A DNA stretch of 63,995 nt, the filler included, from Candidatus Babelota bacterium (GTDB taxonomy: Bacteria > JAGOBX01): assembly GCA_017999075.1 (NCBI GenBank). It is 11 parts of 11 records of this genome, joined end to end, with 100 filler letters (N's around TTAATTAATTAA, not from the genome) between each part and the next. Parts side by side here need not be neighbours in the genome. Positions count along the whole stretch, not along the records: positions 22,007 to 42,600 come from JAGOBX010000009.1; 10 more parts are not named here. One strand, written 5' to 3'. Under the pieces are notes generated by a model. That model ran no database searches. It had not been told where the DNA came from and saw only the letters and a list, made by a program, of their open reading frames with translations. Position numbers and translations under genes: made by a program. This document shows positions 28,262 to 38,724 of the stretch, one piece after another. Position 1 is the stretch's first letter. Each line of letters starts with the position of its first letter.

Positions 28262-29683
28262 ATGATTTCAGCAATAACAAATAGTTTTAAAATACCAGAG
28301 CTTAAGAAAAAATTATTTTTTACGGCTTTAATGGTAGCAATTTATCGATTAGGATCTCATATAATTATACCAGGTATAGATACTGCTGTAGCAGCTCAAT
28401 ATTTTTCAGGAAGCGGAGCAGGCGGCTGGCTTGGAATGATAAATATGTTTTCAGGCGGCGCATTCAAAAGATTTTCTATATTTGCTTTGGGCATAATGCC
28501 TTATATAAGTGCTTCAATTATCCTTCAGCTTTTAACTGCGGTAGTGCCGTATTTGAAAAAATTGTCCAAAGAAGGTGAAATGGGCAGAAAAAAAATAACA
28601 CAGTATACAAGATATGGAACTATTTTGTTGAGTGTAATTCAGGCAACAGGTCTTGCTATATGGCTGGAAAGTATTGAAAACGGCTCACTCGTATTGTATC
28701 ATGGATTTACATTTAAATTTATAACAGTATTAACTATGACAACAGGTACAACCTTTATAATGTGGCTTGGAGAACAGATAACTGACCGAGGGATAGGAAA
28801 TGGGATATCAATAATAATATTTATAGGAATAGTAGCGAGCATACCGTTAGGAGTAAGCGAAACATTTATGAAAATATTTAAAACAGAAGATTTAAATGTT
28901 TTTCAATTTTTGTTTATGGCTTTAATGGTGTTATTTATAGTAGCTGTAGTAATAGCAATACAACTTGGACATAGAAGAATACCGGTAAGTTATGCTAAAC
29001 AGGTTCGCGGAAGAAAAATTTATGGAGGGCAATCAACGCACTTACCATTGAAAGTGGATTATTCTGGTGTAATAGCAGTTATATTTGCATCATCATTACT
29101 AATGTTTCCATCTACGATAATAAATTTTTTAGCAGGAAGCAACAGTAATTTTATTGTAAAATTTGTGGAATTATTTCAAGAAAGTTCGAATGGGAATTTA
29201 TATTTTTTATTGTATAAACTGACGGGAGGAGCTATAGGTGAAGGACTTCCATTCAGTTTGTTAAGAGTAATAAGTTTATATAATATAATATTTTCAGGAT
29301 TAGTTATATTTTTCTGTTATTTTTATACGACGATAGTATTTAATCCTAAAGATTTAGCGGATAATTTAAAACGTCAAGGTGGTTTTGTTCCTGGAAGGCG
29401 TCCAGGAATAGCGACCGCTGAATATATACAGACAATTTTAATGAGGATAACTTTGATAGGTGCATTAATGGTTGTATTTATTTGTGTATTTCCGGATTTA
29501 GTTGAAGAGTTAATAAGCGGAAATATGCCGAATACAATGAAATATTTAATGGGTGGAACTACAATACTAATACTTGTCGGAGTTGATTTGGACACAATAC
29601 AACAGATAGAATCACAGTTGCTGCAGAGATATTATACCGGTTTTGTTGGTGGCGGTAAATTAAGAAGCAGGAGAGGTGTATAA
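28262..29683 (+). CDS. secY: Preprotein translocase subunit SecY
   Basis: SIFALGIMPYISASII, WLGEQITDRGIGNGIS, FVPGRRPG, GGTTILILV. Confidence 0.98.
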   Translation: MISAITNSFKIPELKKKLFFTALMVAIYRLGSHIIIPGIDTAVAAQYFSGSGAGGWLGMINMFSGGAFKRFSIFALGIMPYISASIILQLLTAVVPYLKKLSKEGEMGRKKITQYTRYGTILLSVIQATGLAIWLESIENGSLVLYHGFTFKFITVLTMTTGTTFIMWLGEQITDRGIGNGISIIIFIGIVASIPLGVSETFMKIFKTEDLNVFQFLFMALMVLFIVAVVIAIQLGHRRIPVSYAKQVRGRKIYGGQSTHLPLKVDYSGVIAVIFASSLLMFPSTIINFLAGSNSNFIVKFVELFQESSNGNLYFLLYKLTGGAIGEGLPFSLLRVISLYNIIFSGLVIFFCYFYTTIVFNPKDLADNLKRQGGFVPGRRPGIATAEYIQTILMRITLIGALMVVFICVFPDLVEELISGNMPNTMKYLMGGTTILILVGVDLDTIQQIESQLLQRYYTGFVGGGKLRSRRGV

Positions 29684-29686
29684 ATA

Positions 29687-30325
29687 ATGAATATAATAAT
29701 GTTGGGAGCGCCTGGAGCAGGAAAAGGAACTCAAGCAAAAAAAATAGAACAAGAATATAAATTGCCACAGATTTCTACGGGAGATATTTTTAGAACCGCT
29801 ATAAAAAATGGAACAGAAATGGGGAAACTTGCAAAGACATATATTGATAAAGGAGAACTTGTTCCTGACGATGTAGTTGTAGGAATTGTTAAAAACAGAC
29901 TTGAAGAAGCAGATTGTAAAAATGGATTTATACTTGATGGTTTTCCGAGAACTGTTGTTCAGGCGGAATCGTTAGACAAAGAATTAATAAAAAAACAAAT
30001 AAAAATTGATTATGTTATAAATGTTGAAGTTGATGATAAAATTGTTATAGAAAGAATAAGTTCAAGGCGTACATGTAAAAGTTGCGGAGCTATATTTAGC
30101 GCTCTTACAGATAAAATTGAATCCGGCAAATGCTTGAAATGCGGAGGAGAATTATTTTTAAGAGATGATGACAAAGTGGAAACAATAAAAAACAGACTGG
30201 AAGTTTATTACAAACAAACTCAACCATTGATAGAATATTATAAAAAGACCGGAGTAATGAAAAGCGTTGACGGGTTACAGGATGTAGAAAAAGTTTTTTT
30301 GGATATAAAAAAAATATTGAAATAG
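29687..30325 (+). CDS. adk: Adenylate kinase (zinc-lid type)
   Basis: GAPGAGKGTQA, STGDIFR, LDGFPR, CKSC...CLKC lid. Confidence 0.98.
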   Translation: MNIIMLGAPGAGKGTQAKKIEQEYKLPQISTGDIFRTAIKNGTEMGKLAKTYIDKGELVPDDVVVGIVKNRLEEADCKNGFILDGFPRTVVQAESLDKELIKKQIKIDYVINVEVDDKIVIERISSRRTCKSCGAIFSALTDKIESGKCLKCGGELFLRDDDKVETIKNRLEVYYKQTQPLIEYYKKTGVMKSVDGLQDVEKVFLDIKKILK

Positions 30326-30328
30326 CAG

Positions 30329-31096
30329 ATGGCTATAATTGAAAAATCTCCGGAAGAAATAAGAGTAATGCGTGAGGCAGGTATAATTGCCGGAGAAACA
30401 TTGAAAATAACTGCAGCTTATCTTAAATCCGGGATAAGTTCAAAAGAACTTGATATTATAGCTGAAAAACATATACGCGGCCGGAAAGCTGTACCGGCAT
30501 TTTTAGGATACCGGGGTTTTCCGGCGAGTTTATGTGTATCAATAAATGAAGAAATCGTTCATGGAATTCCGAACCGCAATCGAATTTTAAAAAAAGGCGA
30601 TGTGGTAAGTTTGGATGTGGGGGTTTTTAAAAACGGGTTTTATTGTGATACAGCGGCAACTTTTGTTGTAGAAAAAAGTGAAGATTCTGTTGTTAACAAT
30701 CTTATAGAAACAACTAAAAAAGCACTATATGAAAGTATAAAATTTGCAGTAGCAGGAAGAAATTTATATGATATATCTTTTGCTATTCAATCAATATCAG
30801 AGTCATCTGGATTTTCAGTAGTAAGAGATTATACCGGTCATGGAATAGGAAGAAAACTGCACGAAGAACCGTTTATACTTAATTATGTGCCGAATATAAT
30901 GTTGCGCAGTCGCGGGCAGATATTGAAAAAAGGATATGTACTTGCAATAGAACCGATGCTGAATATCGGAGGGCATCAAACGGAAGTCTTGGAAGATAGG
31001 TGGACAGTTGTTACAAGAGACAGAAAAATAAGCGCGCATTTTGAACATACGGTAGCAGTAACAGACGGCAAACCGGTTATATTAACTGAGGTTTAA
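30329..31096 (+). CDS. map: Type I methionyl aminopeptidase
   Basis: [38 protein letters not shown]. Confidence 0.98.
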   Translation: MAIIEKSPEEIRVMREAGIIAGETLKITAAYLKSGISSKELDIIAEKHIRGRKAVPAFLGYRGFPASLCVSINEEIVHGIPNRNRILKKGDVVSLDVGVFKNGFYCDTAATFVVEKSEDSVVNNLIETTKKALYESIKFAVAGRNLYDISFAIQSISESSGFSVVRDYTGHGIGRKLHEEPFILNYVPNIMLRSRGQILKKGYVLAIEPMLNIGGHQTEVLEDRWTVVTRDRKISAHFEHTVAVTDGKPVILTEV

Positions 31097-31103
31097 AAAA
31101 TAT

Positions 31104-31322
31104 ATGTCTAAACAGGGAATGATAGAGTTAAAAGGTACCATACAGGAAACATTGCCTAATGCAATGTTCAGGGTGGAACTTGAAACAGGTCATGTTGTCC
31201 TTGCTCATATAGCCGGAAAAATGAGAATGCATTATATAAGATTGTTGCCAGGCGATAAAGTAAAAATAGAGTTATCTCCATATGATTTGACAAGAGGGAG
31301 AATAACTTACCGGATAAAATAA
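31104..31322 (+). CDS. infA: Translation initiation factor IF-1
   Basis: [27 protein letters not shown]. Confidence 0.98.
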   Translation: MSKQGMIELKGTIQETLPNAMFRVELETGHVVLAHIAGKMRMHYIRLLPGDKVKIELSPYDLTRGRITYRIK

Positions 31323-31345
31323 ATTATTAAGGCGGTTATAATAAT

Positions 31346-31459
31346 ATGAAAGTCAGGAGTTCAGTAAAAAAGATTTGCGATAAATGCAAATTGATAAAAC
31401 GTAAAAAAATTGTAAGAATAATTTGTGAAAATAAAAAACATAACCAAAAACAAGGTTAA
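31346..31459 (+). CDS. rpmJ: 50S ribosomal protein L36 (not in the ORF track, 37 aa)
   Basis: Translated by hand: [37 protein letters not shown]. Confidence 0.97.
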   Translation: MKVRSSVKKICDKCKLIKRKKIVRIICENKKHNQKQG

Positions 31460-31478
31460 TTAATAGGAGGCAACCAAC

Positions 31479-31886
31479 TTGGCAAGAATAGCAGGAGTAG
31501 ATTTACCTAACAATAAAATCGTAAGAGTCGGTCTAACGTATATTTTTGGAATTGGAAATAAGACTGCTCAAAAAATAGTTGAAGCTACCGGAGTTGACGG
31601 CAGCAAGAGAGTCGGCGAATTAACGCCTGATGAAATAAATAAAATCAGAAGCGTTATAGAAAAAGAAACCAAAGTAGAAGGCGAGCTACGCGGTGAAATA
31701 TTGCGTAATATAAAACGATTGATGGAAATCAATTGCTACCGTGGAATCAGACATAAAAAGAGAATGCCTGTCCGCGGGCAACGAACACATACAAATGCGC
31801 ATACTGCGCGCGGAATTAAACCTATGAGAATAGGCGGAGCAGTTAAAAAGCCTGCGGCTCAACAGCAGAAAGCTCCAGGAGCTTAG
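31479..31886 (+). CDS. rpsM: 30S ribosomal protein S13
   Basis: [34 protein letters not shown] start after GGAGG. Confidence 0.97.
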   Translation: MARIAGVDLPNNKIVRVGLTYIFGIGNKTAQKIVEATGVDGSKRVGELTPDEINKIRSVIEKETKVEGELRGEILRNIKRLMEINCYRGIRHKKRMPVRGQRTHTNAHTARGIKPMRIGGAVKKPAAQQQKAPGA

Positions 31887-31989
31887 ATGTTCAGGGTCGT
31901 ATAAAAATAAAATTAAAATATTACGGTTTTAAAAATATTGGTTAAAACTGTTCGTAAAAATAAGATTAATAACGGAGGTTTAAAAATAG

Positions 31990-32391
31990 GTGGCTAAAGA
32001 AAAAGATACAAAACAAACTGTAAAAAAGAAAAGAAGAAAAGTTACATCCGCTAAAGGAAAAGTGTATGTTCAATCTACATTTAACAATACAATAGTTACT
32101 GTAAGCGATGATAAAGGCAACACAGTTGCATGGGCTAGCGCTGGAACTGTTGGTTTTAAGGGTTCCAAAAAAGGAACTGCATATGCTGCACAGCTTGCAG
32201 CAGAGGCGGTTTCAACACAAGCAAAAGATTCTGGAATAAAACGAGTAGATATATATGTTAAAGGACCTGGAGCAGGAAGAGAATCAACTATCAGGACTTT
32301 TCAGGCGGCGGGATTAATTGTGGAATCAATAAAAGATACAACACCAATTCCGCACAACGGATGCAGACCAAGAAAAAGAAGAAGAGTATAA
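31990..32391 (+). CDS. rpsK: 30S ribosomal protein S11
   Basis: [27 protein letters not shown]. Confidence 0.98.
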   Translation: MAKEKDTKQTVKKKRRKVTSAKGKVYVQSTFNNTIVTVSDDKGNTVAWASAGTVGFKGSKKGTAYAAQLAAEAVSTQAKDSGIKRVDIYVKGPGAGRESTIRTFQAAGLIVESIKDTTPIPHNGCRPRKRRRV

Positions 32392-32449
32392 AAAATTATA
32401 TTATGTTATTTCAATAAAAAACTACTGAATTTAAAAGGAGAATCGATAA

Positions 32450-33079
32450 ATGGCAAGATATATAGGACCTCAGTGCAAAAGATGCAGAAGACATGGTTCA
32501 AAATTATTTTTAAAAGGCGAAAGATGCTATACAGACAAATGTGCGATGGAAAGAAGACCAACTCCTCCTGGGCAGGGAGCTGTAAAAAAGAAAACCAAAT
32601 CATCGGAATATGCTCTTCAGTTACGTGAAAAACAAAAAACCAAAGAATTATACGGTCTTTTTGAAAGACAATTCAGATTGTATTTTCAAAAAGCAAGCAG
32701 TAAAAAAGGTGTGACATCTCAAAATTTAATAGATTTGCTTGAATCAAGACTTGATAATGTTATTTACAGACTGGGTTTTGCTTCATCAAGAAAATTTGCG
32801 CGTCAGTTGGTTCGTCATAATTGTTTTCAGGTAAACGGAAAACGTGTAAATATACCGTCTTATGGATTAAAAGTAGGAGACGTAGTAAAAATAGTGGATA
32901 AACATGCGTCTAATCCTGAAATAAATGCATCGTTAAATCTTGCGAAACAACGCGGATATTCAGAATGGATTGAATTTAATGAACCAACAAAATCCGGAAA
33001 ATTGTTGAGATTGCCTTCTATAGAAGAACTTGAATTACCGGTCAATCTCCAGTTAGTAGTAGAATTGTATTCAAAATAA
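32450..33079 (+). CDS. rpsD: 30S ribosomal protein S4
   Basis: MARYIGPQCKRCRR, QLREKQK, LESRLDNVIYRLGF, VVELYSK. Confidence 0.98.
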   Translation: MARYIGPQCKRCRRHGSKLFLKGERCYTDKCAMERRPTPPGQGAVKKKTKSSEYALQLREKQKTKELYGLFERQFRLYFQKASSKKGVTSQNLIDLLESRLDNVIYRLGFASSRKFARQLVRHNCFQVNGKRVNIPSYGLKVGDVVKIVDKHASNPEINASLNLAKQRGYSEWIEFNEPTKSGKLLRLPSIEELELPVNLQLVVELYSK

Positions 33080-33104
33080 GAAGTAACGGAGGTTATTAAT
33101 TAAA

Positions 33105-34094
33105 ATGGTTGAGAAAAAATATGTAAGTCAGGGGATAGTAAAACCTGAAGAAATAAAAAAAATAGAGTCTACAGCCACATATGGAAAATTTGTTATATCT
33201 CCGTTTGAAAGGGGATACGGAATTACCATAGGCAATTCATTGAGAAGAGTATTATTATCTTCAATAATAGGAGCTGCTGTTAAAACAGTAAGATTTGAAG
33301 GAATTCGTCATGAATTCGAAGTACTGAACGGAGTAGTAGAAGATCCAAGCGATATAATTCAAAATATAAAGAAGTTAGCTATAAATTTAATTGAAGGAAA
33401 TTCAGCAGTAATAACTATAAATGAAAAAGGGAATAAAGTTGTTACAGCCGGCGATATAAAATGTCCGGCAAACGTTAAAATTTCAAATCCTGAACTTGTA
33501 ATTGCAACTTTAACTGGCGGGACATTGAATGTAGAGATGGAAGTTAATATAGGATTCGGATATATTCAGGCAGAGGATCATACTAAAGAAGATTTGCCAA
33601 TAGGAGTAATACCTGTTGATTCTATTTATACACCTATAACAAAAGTTAAATATGAAGTTGAAAAGACAAGAGTGGGTCAATCTACGGATTATGACAAGCT
33701 TATACTTGAAATTCATACAAACGGAACCATCACTCCGGAAGATGCACTTGCTTATTCAGCTAAAATTTTAAAAGATTGTTATACTATTTTTATTAATTTT
33801 GAAGAAACAGAAGCAGAACCTGCTGAACCTGAGCTGACGCCGGAAGAACAGAAATTAAAAGAAATTTTACAGATCCCTATAGATGAGCTTGAATTATCTG
33901 TAAGATCGGCAAATTGTTTGAGAGAAGCAAAAATAAAAACAATCGGAGAACTTGCAGTTAAAAGTGAAAATGAAATGTTGAAAACCAGAAATTTTGGAAA
34001 AAAATCTTTACGAGAAATACGTGAAAAACTTTCAAAATATGGATTGAATTTAGGAATGACGAATTTGACGCACTTGCTTGAAGAACCTAAATAA
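33105..34094 (+). CDS. rpoA: DNA-directed RNA polymerase subunit alpha
   Basis: [53 protein letters not shown]. Confidence 0.98.
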   Translation: MVEKKYVSQGIVKPEEIKKIESTATYGKFVISPFERGYGITIGNSLRRVLLSSIIGAAVKTVRFEGIRHEFEVLNGVVEDPSDIIQNIKKLAINLIEGNSAVITINEKGNKVVTAGDIKCPANVKISNPELVIATLTGGTLNVEMEVNIGFGYIQAEDHTKEDLPIGVIPVDSIYTPITKVKYEVEKTRVGQSTDYDKLILEIHTNGTITPEDALAYSAKILKDCYTIFINFEETEAEPAEPELTPEEQKLKEILQIPIDELELSVRSANCLREAKIKTIGELAVKSENEMLKTRNFGKKSLREIREKLSKYGLNLGMTNLTHLLEEPK

Positions 34095-34205
34095 TTAGTT
34101 ACATAGTTATTGTTAAGAGCAGTAATTTCAATAGAAAATGTAAATTTTAAAATAACTTTATTTTTCCGGTTTATCCGGCGTATGTTTTAAGGAGCGGATT
34201 GAATA

Positions 34206-34556
34206 ATGAAAAAAATGATAAAAGGAAGAGTTCTCGGCAGAACGCCGGCTCATAGAAAAGCATTGATGAAAAATTTGGCTTCGGCATTGATTAAATATGG
34301 GAAAATAGAAACAACTACAGCTAAAGCTAAGGAACTAAGACCATATATTGAAAAAATCATAACCAGGGCAAAAACCGATACTGTTAACAATAGAAGAACT
34401 ATAAATCGTTATATAAAAGAAAAATCTGTTTTAAAAAAATTATTTGCCGAAATTGGACCTAAATACGCGACAAGAAACGGCGGTTATGTTAGAATTTTAA
34501 AGAAAGGTCTTCGTCAGAGCGACAGTGCGTCAATGTCGTATATAGAGTTAGTATAA
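34206..34556 (+). CDS. rplQ: 50S ribosomal protein L17
   Basis: LGRTPAHRKAL, IETTTAKAKELR, RNGGYVRI, IELV. Confidence 0.97.
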   Translation: MKKMIKGRVLGRTPAHRKALMKNLASALIKYGKIETTTAKAKELRPYIEKIITRAKTDTVNNRRTINRYIKEKSVLKKLFAEIGPKYATRNGGYVRILKKGLRQSDSASMSYIELV

Positions 34557-34598
34557 TATAAGAAATTATTTATAAAATTTACTGTAAAAAATACATAT

Positions 34599-34639
34599 AA
34601 AGGGAATAAATAAATTTATTTATTCCCTTTTGTTTTTTT
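34599..34639 (+). terminator. Intrinsic terminator of the ribosomal operon
   Basis: Perfect 32-bp palindrome AAAGGGAATAAATAAATTTATTTATTCCCTTT (34599-34630) followed by a T-rich tail. Confidence 0.8.
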
Positions 34640-34642
34640 AAC

Positions 34643-34671
34643 TTGAAATTTTCAAAATTGTATAATATACT
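34643..34671 (+). promoter_or_regulatory. Sigma70 promoter for the downstream hypothetical genes
   Basis: TTGAAA-17-TATACT. Confidence 0.5.
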
Positions 34672-34750
34672 GAACGAATATATTGATTTATTTTTATTTA
34701 GTATTTAAAAAATATAAATTAAAAAAAATATTATATTATAATTTCAGGAA

Positions 34751-35557
34751 GTGGTAATAATGATGAAAAAAAAATATTTTACAATAATGTTATCAATAAT
34801 TTTAGTTTCTTCAGTAAATCTATATGCTTTTGTAATGATGGATAATACAGAGCAAATACAGAAATATGTTAATGTAGAAATTCTTCCTGCTGAAGCTGCC
34901 AAAGGGGCATTTTTAACTGTAAACAACGGAGATGCAGTTAAATATATTATCCAGAAACAATTGATGGAATACTATAAATCTTCAGATGATAAAATAAAGA
35001 TTGAAATCACTATGCCTTATGAAAGCAAATATAAAAGTTCAACATATTTTTATAATGAAATTTCCGGAAATAATAGATTGATTACTTTAAGATTATCAAG
35101 AAAATTGTCCGATGAATCAAAAAAAATAGCTAAGCTTATTACAAGCATGACTAATTCTATAATTGAATATAATGAAACAGGGAATATAGAAGAATTTAAA
35201 ACTGCAGCGCAATATTTCGGGTCAATATATTATCTTGATGTTTTCATAAAAGAATTATGCGAACTTGATTCGGATGAGATGAATGAATTTTTAAATATTA
35301 TAAAATACGGATTATATATACCCAATGAAAATTATGAAAATATTACACAAAAAATAATCGACAATATTTCTAAATTAAAAACAATAAGTATTGAAATAAA
35401 TGAATTGAACGATTCAAATTCAAATACCTTATCACAGGATCAAAAAAGAAAAAAACTTGATAATTTAACTCAAAGTATTAATGATATTTTTTGGAATACT
35501 TTTGATATTGTTAAGTCATATAATAAAGTTCAGACTGATGCTGTTACAGGAAAATAA
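34751..35557 (+). CDS. Hypothetical exported protein
   Basis: Signal peptide MKKKYFTIMLSIILVSSVNLYA (likely start 34760 or 34763); helical C-terminus; no recognised motif. Confidence 0.6.
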   Translation: MVIMMKKKYFTIMLSIILVSSVNLYAFVMMDNTEQIQKYVNVEILPAEAAKGAFLTVNNGDAVKYIIQKQLMEYYKSSDDKIKIEITMPYESKYKSSTYFYNEISGNNRLITLRLSRKLSDESKKIAKLITSMTNSIIEYNETGNIEEFKTAAQYFGSIYYLDVFIKELCELDSDEMNEFLNIIKYGLYIPNENYENITQKIIDNISKLKTISIEINELNDSNSNTLSQDQKRKKLDNLTQSINDIFWNTFDIVKSYNKVQTDAVTGK

Positions 35558-35565
35558 AAAAGAAT

Positions 35566-37269
35566 ATGAAGCAGGTATTATTTGTAATAACATTGTTCCT
35601 TGTTCTTTTCTGTTCAGTTGAAAATGTGCAGTCTGAGATAAAAGACATAACTTTGCTTAATGAATATAAATTCATCCCCAATAAGATATTAAATTCCATT
35701 GATTTTTATGATTTTTATAAAGTGCCGGAAATAGCTTTATCATTGACTTTTTTTCAGAACGAACTGGATAAGAAAAAAAGTTCTGGTTATTTAGGATTGA
35801 ATTTTAATGCTCCGTTTTTATTTAAAGTTATAAGCGTTGACGAATCACCGCTGCCTGAATTTATTTTTGAATGTTCGTTAGATAATCTCGAAAAATTCAA
35901 AACAATAATCGAAACGTTATCCATGTCATCAATTACGGTTTCACCTGTTTCCGGCAGGCAGAATTATTATGTGATAAGCAGTAATCCCGATCAGCAAAAC
36001 GTTAAAACAAAAAAAATCTATTTTCCTTTTTTAGTTGTAAACAGCAGAATGTATGTGTATGGCGATATTTTATCTTTTATGTCCGATAATAATGAAACGG
36101 GAATTATAAAAGAAAAAAAACTTACTGATAAAGAAAAACTGGGAAGAGCAGCAGATATTTTGGATTTGGTATCAAAAAAATCATCAGAATATTCTGCATC
36201 AAAATATATTGGAGATGCGGTAAAATTAAATGATCAGGATATATTATTATATTTGTTTACCAACATAAGCGGTTCATACTTGAATAATTTATACGGAAGC
36301 TTCAAACTGGAATTTTTGAAACAGTTTATGGACAATAACACTATAGACAAACAGGTTATGGTAATCCGAAAATTTTCGAAGCAGGTGAAAGTAGAAAATT
36401 TTGTTTTTAATAATAAGGCAGAATCCGGTGAAAAATCTAATATTCTGAATTTCGAATCTAAAATCAATGAATTGATTGAATCTAATGTTTTGGCATATTT
36501 TACTGCTTCAGGAGATATATCTGGTTTAAAAAAAATTATTTCGGACAGAAATATTGAACCTGAATTATTAAAAGAATATATTTTAAAAACAATAGATAAT
36601 GTTGAAAAAAATATAATTTTTTATATAAATTCCATAGATAAAGCTCCTTCTATAGATTTAAAAAATGCGGTAAAGAATATTGAAAGTTATCCGATAACAA
36701 TTTTATTTGAAGTATCTTCTCCGGAACAAATTTCAGATTCCATGGATGATATTGCAAAATTATATCCTGATGCAATAAAAATTAAAAATAATAATTTTTC
36801 CAAGATAATTGAAATTAGGACTGATTCAGGACAGGTGAATTTTTACTCTGATTTTATTGATTACGGTTCTAAATATATGATTTTAACTTCATCGGAAAAA
36901 GAATTGAACAGATTAAAACAGATTAGCAAAGAAGAAGTTAAAAAAGAGGCGGGTTTAAATTCATTTATAAAGTATGCTAAAAATAAAAAAATATTACCTG
37001 AAGCTGAGACAAATTCTTTTTATTATATTGATTTGAAACAGGTTTTGAAATACGCCAACAAAGAATTGAAAAAGTCTGGAATAATTTTAAATAATACGTT
37101 AACTGATTATTTGACTGATAAATATGATAATGTCAGAGGATATATAAAAAATGACAATGGAATATTTTATCAGAATATTACTGTTGAAATGATAAAAAAT
37201 ATAGATTTTGTTCAGATATATAACATATTGAAATCTGGACAAAATCAAACTTCCGTTCAAAAAAAATAA
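35566..37269 (+). CDS. Hypothetical exported protein
   Basis: 567-aa ORF with signal peptide, 8 nt after the upstream gene; no motif recognised. Confidence 0.65.
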   Translation: MKQVLFVITLFLVLFCSVENVQSEIKDITLLNEYKFIPNKILNSIDFYDFYKVPEIALSLTFFQNELDKKKSSGYLGLNFNAPFLFKVISVDESPLPEFIFECSLDNLEKFKTIIETLSMSSITVSPVSGRQNYYVISSNPDQQNVKTKKIYFPFLVVNSRMYVYGDILSFMSDNNETGIIKEKKLTDKEKLGRAADILDLVSKKSSEYSASKYIGDAVKLNDQDILLYLFTNISGSYLNNLYGSFKLEFLKQFMDNNTIDKQVMVIRKFSKQVKVENFVFNNKAESGEKSNILNFESKINELIESNVLAYFTASGDISGLKKIISDRNIEPELLKEYILKTIDNVEKNIIFYINSIDKAPSIDLKNAVKNIESYPITILFEVSSPEQISDSMDDIAKLYPDAIKIKNNNFSKIIEIRTDSGQVNFYSDFIDYGSKYMILTSSEKELNRLKQISKEEVKKEAGLNSFIKYAKNKKILPEAETNSFYYIDLKQVLKYANKELKKSGIILNNTLTDYLTDKYDNVRGYIKNDNGIFYQNITVEMIKNIDFVQIYNILKSGQNQTSVQKK

Positions 37270-37287
37270 ACGGATAAAAATTAAAAT

Positions 37288-38607
37288 ATGTATGATTTTC
37301 CTCAATATTCAATATTATTTTCAGGAATAATGTTGACTGCATTAAGTTCAGTGTTTAACAGCGTTCAAAGCGCTTTGTTAACGTTTGGAAAATACAAAAC
37401 CCATAAACTCATCGAAGGAAAAACCCAGTATAGAGAATTATTAAAAAAATATATTGAAAAATTCTGGGATTATTATTTTTCAATAACCATAATTGCTTCA
37501 ACGATCCGTATAGTTTTAATTCTGGTATGGATATTGTTTTTTAATTCTGTAATAAGATATTTGGCGCAAAGGTTTTTTATTAATTATTATGATTTAATAA
37601 ATCAGCGTATAATACTGTATGGAATATCCGCTGTGTTAAGCGGAACATTTACGCTTCTGTTAAGTGAGATTATACCCGGAGTGATAGCAAGAAAAAATTC
37701 TGAAAAAGTCATATTAAGTTTTCTTGACATATTAAAATATGCGGATATATTGTTAAGCCCATTTCGATATATTTTTATGAGAATTGCGGGATTTATTTTA
37801 AAACCATTTGAAATAGTATTTGAAAAAAAAGATTTTTTACTGGAAGATGAAGATGTAAAAGCATTATTTAAAGCAGCAGTTAACCAGGGACTTTTTAAAG
37901 TTCAGGAATATGACATGGTAACAAATATTTTTGAATTGAAAGACACTATAGTGCGCAATATAATGATTCCGCAGACTGATGTTATTTCAGTTCCTTCAAA
38001 CATAGATTTGCGCGAGTTACTGAATATTTTTGATACTTCAGGATACAGCCGCTTGCCTGTATTTGAGAAAAACAGAGATAATATAATCGGAGTTATACAT
38101 GCGAAAGAAATCCTGCCAGATTTATTTGAAAAAAACGATATATATTTTGATATAAAAAAGTTTATAAGAAAAATAATTTATGTTCCAGAATCAAAAGAGA
38201 TTAATTCATTATTACGGGATTTTCAAAGGGAAAAAACGCATATTGCGGCAGTGGTGGATGAATTCGGAGTATTTGCCGGAATAATTACAATTGAGGATAT
38301 TCTTGAAGAAATAGTGGGAGAAATAGAAGATGAATTTGACGATGATGATGAGTCAATTGTAAAAAATAATAACAAAGAATTTATTATTGATGCTAAGCTG
38401 AATCTTGAAGAACTTAACGAAAAACTTAATATTGATTTGCCTGTTTCCGAGAACTATGAAAGTTTAGGGGGGTTTTTGATTTTTTTGGTAGACGAACTGC
38501 CTGAGCAAGGCAGAGAAATTTTATATAATGGGTATAAATTTGTTGTTGTATCAGCTACCAAAACAAGAATTTTTAAGGTAAAACTCAATATTTTAGAAAA
38601 TATTTGA
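37288..38607 (+). CDS. Hemolysin / CNNM family protein (DUF21-CBS-CBS-CorC_HlyC)
   Basis: SEIIPG, GYSRLPVF, VVDEFG..AGIITIEDILEEIVGEIEDEFD, YESLGG. Confidence 0.93.
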   Translation: MYDFPQYSILFSGIMLTALSSVFNSVQSALLTFGKYKTHKLIEGKTQYRELLKKYIEKFWDYYFSITIIASTIRIVLILVWILFFNSVIRYLAQRFFINYYDLINQRIILYGISAVLSGTFTLLLSEIIPGVIARKNSEKVILSFLDILKYADILLSPFRYIFMRIAGFILKPFEIVFEKKDFLLEDEDVKALFKAAVNQGLFKVQEYDMVTNIFELKDTIVRNIMIPQTDVISVPSNIDLRELLNIFDTSGYSRLPVFEKNRDNIIGVIHAKEILPDLFEKNDIYFDIKKFIRKIIYVPESKEINSLLRDFQREKTHIAAVVDEFGVFAGIITIEDILEEIVGEIEDEFDDDDESIVKNNNKEFIIDAKLNLEELNEKLNIDLPVSENYESLGGFLIFLVDELPEQGREILYNGYKFVVVSATKTRIFKVKLNILENI

Positions 38608-38632
38608 CTTAAGTAGAATCGGAAAGTAAAAT
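38604..38632 (+). promoter_or_regulatory. Sigma70 promoter for the MCP gene
   Basis: TTGACT-17-TAAAAT. Confidence 0.6.
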
Positions 38633-38724
38633 AATTCTAAAAAATGCATTTGATATTTGAAAAATTATTTTTGTTTATTTCATCATCACAAATTGTATAT
38701 TATATTTTAACTGATTAAAAAAGT

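Noticed and set aside
22156..33716. Many 60-110 aa antisense ORFs in the ribosomal cluster and similar shadow ORFs elsewhere
   Set aside because: They lie opposite or within well-supported genes and show no RBS or motifs; these are shadow frames.
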